Shown here: one piece after another, positions 25,574 to 32,000 of the stretch
Position numbering within the stretch: position 1 is the first letter of the stretch
How the letters are laid out: each line of letters starts with the position of its first letter
Origin: Caldimicrobium thiodismutans
GTDB taxonomy: Bacteria; Desulfobacterota; Thermodesulfobacteria; Thermodesulfobacteriales; Thermodesulfobacteriaceae
Assembly (NCBI RefSeq): GCF_001548275.1
Contig: NZ_AP014945.1
Coordinates: 1,620,001-1,652,000, forward strand
Direction: 5' to 3'
DNA: 32,000 bases
Program-made: the position numbers and the translations under genes
The notes under the pieces: model-generated
Databases searched by the model: none
The model's input: only the letters and a program-made list of their open reading frames with translations
What the model was told of the DNA's origin: nothing

Positions 25574-26467
25574 ATGTCAGAGTTATTACAGGAGTTTTTG
25601 CTTTATCTTGCTGGAAGTAAAAACTATTCTTTGAATACTATAAACGCCTATGCCTCAGATATAGCTGATTTTTTGAGGTTTTTAGAATCTCAAGGCCTTC
25701 ATCTTAATGAGATAGAGCTCACAACCATAAAGGGTTATTTAGCTTTTCTAAAAGAGAGGGGCTATAATCCCTATTCTATGGCCAGAAGACTTTCAAGTCT
25801 TAAAAATTTTTTATATTTTCTCCTTGAGAAAGGCCATATTCAGATTGATTTTTTATCTCATCTTGAGGGTCCAAAGCTTCCCCAGAGGCTCCCTAAGGTT
25901 CTCTCCTTAGAGGAGGTGGAAAGACTCTTGCAAGCCCCGGACCTTTCCACCCCCCTTGGTTTTAGAGATAGAACCATGCTTGAAGTTCTCTATGGTACAG
26001 GTTTAAGAGTCTCGGAGCTTGTGAGGTTGAAAATTGAAAATTTGAATCTTAATCTGGGGTTAGTGAGGGTTTTTGGAAAAGGGGAAAAAGAGAGGTTAGT
26101 GCCCTTAGGGGAGATAGCCTTAGAGTATCTTACCCATTATCTTCAAAACATAAGGCCCCTTTTTGAAGGCTCAAAGAGTAGAGGTTTTCTTTTCTTAAAT
26201 CGAAGGGGTGGGGCTTTAACGCGTCAGAGGTTTTGGCAAATTTTAAAGGGATATGCCTGCCAAGTTGGGCTTGATGTCTCAAAGATTTCTCCCCATGTCC
26301 TGAGGCATACCTTTGCCACCCATCTCCTGGAAGGTGGAGCAGACCTCAGGGCCCTTCAGCTTATGCTTGGACATAGCAGTTTACTCACAACTCAGATTTA
26401 CACTCACTTGGATCTCAAAAATTTAAAAAGGGCTTATGAAAAATATCATCCTCGGGCAAGAGAATGA
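25574..26467 (+). CDS. Tyrosine recombinase XerC/XerD
   Basis: 297 aa. N-terminal SAM-like domain, catalytic R (GLRVSEL), HVLRHTFATHLL, and LGHSSLLTTQIYTH. Confidence 0.85.
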   Translation: MSELLQEFLLYLAGSKNYSLNTINAYASDIADFLRFLESQGLHLNEIELTTIKGYLAFLKERGYNPYSMARRLSSLKNFLYFLLEKGHIQIDFLSHLEGPKLPQRLPKVLSLEEVERLLQAPDLSTPLGFRDRTMLEVLYGTGLRVSELVRLKIENLNLNLGLVRVFGKGEKERLVPLGEIALEYLTHYLQNIRPLFEGSKSRGFLFLNRRGGALTRQRFWQILKGYACQVGLDVSKISPHVLRHTFATHLLEGGADLRALQLMLGHSSLLTTQIYTHLDLKNLKRAYEKYHPRARE

Positions 26468-27714
26468 AAACCCAGCACCTTCCCTGGAAGGAATTTTCCA
26501 GATATTTAGAGGTTCCGGAGCAAGGGCTAAATTTTTTAAAGGAAGCTAAGGAATTAGCATCAGAAAAGGGATTTTTTTTATACCTTGCAGGGGGACCTGT
26601 CAGGGATGCCCTCCTCAAAAGGGCTTCCAGGGATTTAGATCTCGTCCTTGAAGGAAATTGGGAGGTTCTTCTTCCAGAATTACTTGCTAAAACTAAGGGT
26701 GAATTACTTTTTAAATCCCAGTTTTTAACTTATAAGTTAAGGCTTCCTCAGGGTTTTACTATAGACCTGGTAACCGCAAGAAGAGAGACCTATACTGGAG
26801 TTGCCAGTTTACCCATAGTTGAGCCTGCTGACCATAAGGCAGATATCCTGCGCAGAGACTTTACCATAAATGCCCTTATCTATGGGCTTACCCTACCCTT
26901 TGAGGAAGAGGTGGTTGATCTTGTATCAGGACTAAAGGATCTTAGCGAAGGTAAAATTTGTCCCCTCCACAGGGATTCCTTTATTGAGGATCCAACCAGG
27001 GCCTTTAGAGGAGTGCGCTATAAAGTAAGGCTTTCCTTTAATTATGCTGGTGACTTTTATCTTGCCTTAGAGAGGGCCAAAGAAGTTGAGGCCTTTGAAA
27101 AATTAAGTCCTCCAAGACTTGCGCAGGAGCTTAAATTATTCTTTTCCAAGGAGCCCTTAGAAAATCTTTTTAAGCTTATTGAGGACTCAGATGCCCTTAA
27201 CTTATTTGAATTGAGTCTTCTTAAAAAACGAGCCCTAAAATCTTCTGATATAGACATTCTTGGCTTGGCTATTAAAGAACTCAAACCAAAAGATAGGGAA
27301 AAGTTTTTTTTGCTTTTTTTGATTGAGTTGGAGGAAAAAAGTCTTGCAAGACTTGGCTTTTTTCCTCCAGAAAGAGAAAAAATTCTTAAAGTTTACAAAA
27401 TTTTTACCAAAGAGTATCTTGAAAATCTGGATATCTTAGAGAGAGTTGAGGCTTTTGAAAAACTTCCTTCTTATGTGCTTTTAAGACTTGCCCTTGAAGA
27501 AAATCTTAGACACACTATTATGGAATTTTGGAATACCTTAAGGCACATCAAACCTCATCTTTCAGGGCATGACCTTAAGGCCTTAGGAGTTGAAGAAGGG
27601 AAAAAGGTGGGTTTAATATTAAGAGAGATTCGTAGGAGAAAGCTTAAAGGAGAGATTAAAACTTTGAAGGAGGAAAAAGAACTTGTTAAAGCCTTGCTTT
27701 TTCGGGATTTTTAA
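26464..27714 (+). CDS. tRNA nucleotidyltransferase / poly(A) polymerase family protein (CCA-, CC- or A-adding enzyme)
   Basis: ATGA overlap with the xer stop. GGPVRDALL, DLDLV and RRDFTINAL head-domain motifs. 416 aa. Confidence 0.75.
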   Translation: MKTQHLPWKEFSRYLEVPEQGLNFLKEAKELASEKGFFLYLAGGPVRDALLKRASRDLDLVLEGNWEVLLPELLAKTKGELLFKSQFLTYKLRLPQGFTIDLVTARRETYTGVASLPIVEPADHKADILRRDFTINALIYGLTLPFEEEVVDLVSGLKDLSEGKICPLHRDSFIEDPTRAFRGVRYKVRLSFNYAGDFYLALERAKEVEAFEKLSPPRLAQELKLFFSKEPLENLFKLIEDSDALNLFELSLLKKRALKSSDIDILGLAIKELKPKDREKFFLLFLIELEEKSLARLGFFPPEREKILKVYKIFTKEYLENLDILERVEAFEKLPSYVLLRLALEENLRHTIMEFWNTLRHIKPHLSGHDLKALGVEEGKKVGLILREIRRRKLKGEIKTLKEEKELVKALLFRDF

Positions 27715-27751
27715 TTTAAACTAAAAGATATTTCGGGGAAAGGAGTCCAGT

Positions 27752-29422
27752 ATGGAGGATTTTGCTACACTCTTAGAAGAATATTTCACTCAAGGAGAGA
27801 GGATTATCAGGATTGGTGACAGGGTTCAAGGGGTTATAATACACTTTGATAGGGACTTTGCCTTTGTTGATATTGGGACAAAAAAGGAGGCTCGCATTCC
27901 TCTTGAGGAATTAAGGAATAGAGCAGGGGATCTGCTTTTCCATCCTGGAGATTCCGTTTCTGCAGTGGTGGTGAAAAAATTCCCCTCTGAAGGAGCCTAT
28001 CTTCTTTCAATTAAAAAGATCCTTGAGGAGGAGGCCTGGCAGAGTTTAAGAGATGCAAAGGAAAGGGATTTTCCTGTTAAGGTTACCATTATCAAAGGGA
28101 TTAAAGGTGGATTTGAGGTTATCTATAGAGATCTTTTAACAGGATTTTTGCCCCATTCTCAACTTGCTCTCAAAGGAGAAGAAATAGAGGGGAAAGAGCT
28201 TTCCTGTTTAATCTTAAAGCTTGGGGATAACTCCTTTGTTGTCTCTCACAGGGCATATCTTCAGAGAGAGAGGGAGTTTAAATACAAAGAGCTTGTAAAG
28301 AAGATTACTGAAGAGGGGATTCTTGAGGGGCGCGTTAAAAAAGCCATAAAAGGTGGATATTTGATTGATTTTGATGGGGTGTTGAGTGGGTTTCTACCTG
28401 CCTCAGAGGTTACGCGAAGGAGAAATATTCAGTTAGAATCCCTTTTCTCTGAGAATGATCTTATTAGAGTAAAAGTTCTTGAATGGGATCCAGAGAAAAA
28501 TAAGCTTAAGGTTAGCCTTAAAGCTCTTGAGCCTGATCCCTGGGAGAATGCCCAGCTTAAATATGCTATTGATCAGGTTGTCAGAGGACAGGTTGTAAGG
28601 GTTTTAAATTTTGGAGCCTTTGTTGAAGTTGAGCCAGGCCTTGAGGGGCTTCTTCCTGCAAGTGAAATCTCCTGGAGAAAGGGGCTTAAGCCGAGAGATG
28701 TCCTTTCAGAAGGGGATCAGGTTGAGGCAGTGATTACCGATTTTTCTCCTGAAGAAAAAAGGATGATTTTAAGTCTTAAAAAACTTGAAGAAAGCCCCTG
28801 GGAAAGGATTTCCCGCAAGCTTAAAGTAGGAGACCTTGTTGAAGGCCCAATAAAGACCATTACTGATTTTGGCCTTTTTATAGAGGTAGATGAGGGTGTA
28901 GATGGATTTGTTCATATCTCTAAGGTTTCCTGGGAAAGGGTTGAGGACTTAAAAAGTATTTATCAGATAGGAGATAGAGTTTTAGCCAAAGTTATAGAAC
29001 TTGATCCTGAAAGGAAGCGTTTGGTCTTAAGTATTAAGGATCTTACTTCTGATCCCTGGGAGAGGGTAGCTTTAAATTATAAACTTGGAGATATCTTAGA
29101 GGTTGAGGTAAAGGGTGAAGCTAAAAATAAGGGATACTTTGTTAAGATAGAGGAGGGGGTAATTGGTTTTCTCCCCTTCAAAGAGCTTTCAGATATAGAA
29201 AAAAAGGGCAGAAGAGAGCTCAAAGAGGGTGACAGACTCAAGGCTAAGATAATTCTTTTTGATCCAGAAAAGAGAAGACTCTGGCTTTCTGAAAAGGCCT
29301 ATCAGGCTGAGGAGGAAAAACAGGAGATTGAAATCTATAAACAAGGAGAGGGCTCTGCCAAGACTTCTACTCTCGGAAAGGTAATCAAGATGAAAATTGA
29401 ACAGCCCAAGGGGGATTCTTAA
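27752..29422 (+). CDS. rpsA: 30S ribosomal protein S1
   Basis: 556 aa with six S1/OB repeats (G..V.G.V......GAFV.....EGL.P.SE). GAAAGGAG RBS. Confidence 0.9.
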   Translation: MEDFATLLEEYFTQGERIIRIGDRVQGVIIHFDRDFAFVDIGTKKEARIPLEELRNRAGDLLFHPGDSVSAVVVKKFPSEGAYLLSIKKILEEEAWQSLRDAKERDFPVKVTIIKGIKGGFEVIYRDLLTGFLPHSQLALKGEEIEGKELSCLILKLGDNSFVVSHRAYLQREREFKYKELVKKITEEGILEGRVKKAIKGGYLIDFDGVLSGFLPASEVTRRRNIQLESLFSENDLIRVKVLEWDPEKNKLKVSLKALEPDPWENAQLKYAIDQVVRGQVVRVLNFGAFVEVEPGLEGLLPASEISWRKGLKPRDVLSEGDQVEAVITDFSPEEKRMILSLKKLEESPWERISRKLKVGDLVEGPIKTITDFGLFIEVDEGVDGFVHISKVSWERVEDLKSIYQIGDRVLAKVIELDPERKRLVLSIKDLTSDPWERVALNYKLGDILEVEVKGEAKNKGYFVKIEEGVIGFLPFKELSDIEKKGRRELKEGDRLKAKIILFDPEKRRLWLSEKAYQAEEEKQEIEIYKQGEGSAKTSTLGKVIKMKIEQPKGDS

Positions 29423-30304
29423 ATGAAGCGACCCTGGTTAGTTTATGGGCTTGCCTTTGTAGGAGGGCTGGTGGTTTTCTTTCTTCTGACAAGTTTTTTA
29501 TTTTCCTTAATTTTTATGGTCAAAGATAGTAGTTTTAGAGGTGGGCCAAAAATTGGTGTTCTTGAAGTAAAGGGGGTTATTCTTGAGGCAGAGCCCTATC
29601 TATCCTCTATCAATGAGTTAATGCAAAGAAAAGATATCAAGGCTGTTTTACTCAGGGTTGATTCTCCCGGAGGTGCAGTAGGGGCCTGTCAGGAAATTTT
29701 TGAACAGCTAAAGCTTTTAAGGAAAGTCAAACCCCTTATGGTTTCTATGGGGGAGGTTGCGGCATCAGGGGGGCTTTATTTATCCTTAGCTGGTGAGAGG
29801 ATCTATGCTAATCCTGGAACAATCACAGGAAGCATCGGGGTTATGATTCAACTTCCCAATTTTGAAAAATTGATGGAAAAAATTGGAGTTTCCTCTGAGG
29901 TTATAAAAAGCGGAGTTTATAAAGATACCGGGTCATCTTTTAGAAAGCTCTCTCCTGATGAAAGGGCATATCTTCAGGAAAAAGTAAATGCCCTGCATGA
30001 TCAATTTGTTAAGGCTATAGTTGAGGCCCGGAGGCTCCCTTTAGAAAAAGTTAAAACCCTTGCTAATGGAAAGATTTATACCGGGGAAGAGGCTGTCAAA
30101 CTTGGGTTAATTGATGAACTTGGAAATTTTTATCAAGCCCTTGAAGCTCTTAAAAAGCGAACAGGCCTTAAAGAGGTTGTTTTAGTCCATTATCCTGAAA
30201 AGAAGGGTATTTTAAAGAAATTTTTAGAGGAACGCCTTCCCTTTAAGTCTGTGCAGGTCTTTGAACCCTTAGGTCTTAGAGCTCTCTATCTTTTACAAAT
30301 TTAA
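29423..30304 (+). CDS. sppA: Signal peptide peptidase SppA, 36K type (S49)
   Basis: N-terminal TM segment. RVDSPGG, AASGGLYLS, TGSIGV and K(SG.YK) motifs. ATG abuts the rpsA stop. Confidence 0.85.
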   Translation: MKRPWLVYGLAFVGGLVVFFLLTSFLFSLIFMVKDSSFRGGPKIGVLEVKGVILEAEPYLSSINELMQRKDIKAVLLRVDSPGGAVGACQEIFEQLKLLRKVKPLMVSMGEVAASGGLYLSLAGERIYANPGTITGSIGVMIQLPNFEKLMEKIGVSSEVIKSGVYKDTGSSFRKLSPDERAYLQEKVNALHDQFVKAIVEARRLPLEKVKTLANGKIYTGEEAVKLGLIDELGNFYQALEALKKRTGLKEVVLVHYPEKKGILKKFLEERLPFKSVQVFEPLGLRALYLLQI

Positions 30305-30307
30305 ACC

Positions 30308-31510
30308 ATGACCAAACGGGACCTTAGCGAGAGACTTAAAATTCAATTCCCAGAACTGGAAAAAAAGGATCTTGAATTCATTGTGGATAATTTCTTTGAG
30401 ATTTTGGCAACAGCTCTCAAAAGGGGAGAAAAGATTGAATTGAGGGGTTTTGGGGTATTAGAGCTTCATTATGCCAAACCCTATTTTTTTACTAATCCTA
30501 AGAATAAGCAGAAATATTATCTTAATGGTAAGGCCAGAGCAGTTTTTCATTTGGGAAAGGAGTTAAAGGAGAGATTGAACACCCCTCTTCTGGCTGGGCT
30601 TGACCTTGGCACTCAGAGTTTCCGCTTGATTCTTGGAAAGGAACTTGAGGAAAACATCATTTTTTTGAAAAGTTTTAGAGAAAATGTGAGACTTGGTGAA
30701 GGATTAACTGAGTCAGGAAATATAAGCTCTCAGGCTATTGAAAGGGCTGTAAAGGCACTTAAAAGCTTCAAAGAGGTTATAGAAAATCATAAGGCTAAGG
30801 ATTATTATGCAGTTGGCACAGCAGTCTTCAGAAAGGCGCAGAATGCAAAAGAAGTCCTTAAAAAAATTGCTGAGGAGACGGGTTTTCAGATAGAGGTTAT
30901 CTCCCCGGATAAAGAGGCTGAACTTACCTTGCTTGGACTATCTTATGGATTAAAGAAATTGGGGTTGAATTTAAAGAAGTTTCTAATTGTAGATGTAGGA
31001 GGAGGGTCAACAGAGTTTCTCTATCTAAAAGAGGGCCAACCTACCCTTATTAAAAGTCTTGATCTTGGAGCGGTTTCTTTAAAGGAGACCTTTAATCTAA
31101 GGTATCCTTTGACGAGAAGGCTTCTTGAATCCTTAAGGGCTTATGTGAGAGACCAACTTAAAGAACTTCCCAAAGAAGATTTTGAAAAAATAGTTATTAC
31201 TGGAGGGTCTGCCAGTCTTCTTGGGAGCCTTGACCTTAAACTTCTCAAATTTGATCCTGAAAGGCTTCATGGCCATAAAATTACAGCGGATCGGGTGGAG
31301 AAATTAATTCAAAAGCTTGCTGATTCAACCCTGCCAAGGATTAGAATTATGAAGGGAATGGAGGAGGGAAGAGAAGACATTGCCCTTCCCGGGCTTGTGA
31401 TTTACGGGGAGATTCTTGCCTATTTTGGTAAAAATGAACTCTTGCTCAGTGAATATGGAATCTTAGAGGCAACTTTACTTTGCCGCAGTAAGAATTATAA
31501 TATAAGCTAA
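30308..31510 (+). CDS. Fusion ORF: IHF-beta/HU-like DNA-binding domain (aa 1 to about 93) plus Ppx/GppA-family phosphatase (aa about 95 to 400)
   Basis: The N-terminus [10 protein letters not shown]...[16 protein letters not shown]...NPKNK...GKELKERLN is colinear with IHF-beta. It continues without a stop into [25 protein letters not shown] and [10 protein letters not shown], the ASKHA motifs of Ppx/GppA. Confidence 0.7.
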   Translation: MTKRDLSERLKIQFPELEKKDLEFIVDNFFEILATALKRGEKIELRGFGVLELHYAKPYFFTNPKNKQKYYLNGKARAVFHLGKELKERLNTPLLAGLDLGTQSFRLILGKELEENIIFLKSFRENVRLGEGLTESGNISSQAIERAVKALKSFKEVIENHKAKDYYAVGTAVFRKAQNAKEVLKKIAEETGFQIEVISPDKEAELTLLGLSYGLKKLGLNLKKFLIVDVGGGSTEFLYLKEGQPTLIKSLDLGAVSLKETFNLRYPLTRRLLESLRAYVRDQLKELPKEDFEKIVITGGSASLLGSLDLKLLKFDPERLHGHKITADRVEKLIQKLADSTLPRIRIMKGMEEGREDIALPGLVIYGEILAYFGKNELLLSEYGILEATLLCRSKNYNIS

Positions 31511-31536
31511 ATTTTTTCACAAGGAGAAGATCTTAT

Positions 31537-32000
31537 ATGCTTGAGATCCTTGGTGAAGCCTATACTTTTGATGATCTTTTACTTGTCCCATCTTATTCTC
31601 AGGTCCTACCCAAGGATGTTGAAGTTTGCACATATATTACTTCAAAGATAAAATTGAACATACCTCTTATTTCAGCGGCTATGGACACGGTTACAGAAAG
31701 CCAGATGGCAATAGCTATGGCCAGAGAAGGGGGGCTGGGAGTAATCCATAGAAATATGAGTCTTGAGGAACAGGTCAGAGAGGTTGAGAGGGTTAAAAAA
31801 TCTGAAAGCGGTATGATTTATGATCCCATTACTGTTTCTCCAGATACTACCATTCGTCAGGTTATGGCTCTGATGGAGGAATATAAGATTTCTGGAATTC
31901 CAGTGGTAGTTGGTGCTGAAAAGAAGCTCGTTGGAATTGTTACTAACAGAGATTTACGCTTTGAGACCCAGCTGGATAAACCTGTTAAAGAGGTAATGAC
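31537..32000 (+). CDS. guaB: IMP dehydrogenase, N-terminal part; continues beyond the window
   Basis: [33 protein letters not shown]...[32 protein letters not shown], then the start of the CBS domain. The frame is open to the window end. Confidence 0.9.
   Translation, partial: MLEILGEAYTFDDLLLVPSYSQVLPKDVEVCTYITSKIKLNIPLISAAMDTVTESQMAIAMAREGGLGVIHRNMSLEEQVREVERVKKSESGMIYDPITVSPDTTIRQVMALMEEYKISGIPVVVGAEKKLVGIVTNRDLRFETQLDKPVKEVM

Noticed and set aside
25574-26467. Tyrosine recombinase as a marker of an integrated element
   Set aside because: The sequence and size are typical of chromosomal XerC/XerD. It is embedded in an overlapping housekeeping gene chain, with no flanking repeats, tRNA or phage/plasmid genes.

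Overview
The window is a compact, almost fully coding (about 90%) stretch of bacterial chromosome. It is AT-rich, its proteins are rich in Lys, Glu and Ile, and its tRNA stems are very GC-rich. Together with NirJ/Ahb-type heme genes, this suggests a thermophilic anaerobe, possibly of the Thermodesulfobacteria type; that assignment is inference only.

Most of the content is housekeeping:
- the tail of a NirJ/Ahb-type radical SAM gene, then a stand-alone IMP cyclohydrolase (PurH N-domain)
- a translationally coupled aroD-aroE-aroA-aroK cluster ending in a CheX-like gene
- a hotdog thioesterase
- a convergent udg(family 4)-nfeD pair
- a class V aminotransferase
- an orphan coiled-coil/PD-(D/E)XK nuclease-like gene flanked by duplicated intergenic modules
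- four tRNAs (His, Gln, Ser, Thr)
- rpsU-mutS2-dnaG-rpoD followed by a fused siroheme decarboxylase (AhbA/B-like)
- convergent TauE and M48/TPR protease genes
- a long run of overlapping genes: AdoMetDC-like, agmatinase-like, HD hydrolase, CCG-domain Fe-S protein, PflX-type radical SAM, metallophosphoesterase, hypothetical, xerC/D, CCA/poly(A) polymerase family
- rpsA-sppA, an IHF-beta::Ppx/GppA fusion ORF, and the start of guaB

I found no CRISPR array, rRNA, transposase, phage genes or recognisable multi-gene defence system.

The most unusual items are:
1. the nuclease gene and its duplicated leader-like repeats beside the tRNA cluster
2. the IHF-Ppx fusion
3. the tightly coupled HD / CCG / radical SAM / phosphoesterase block, whose function is unknown

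All homology calls rest on motif recognition by eye. No searches were run.
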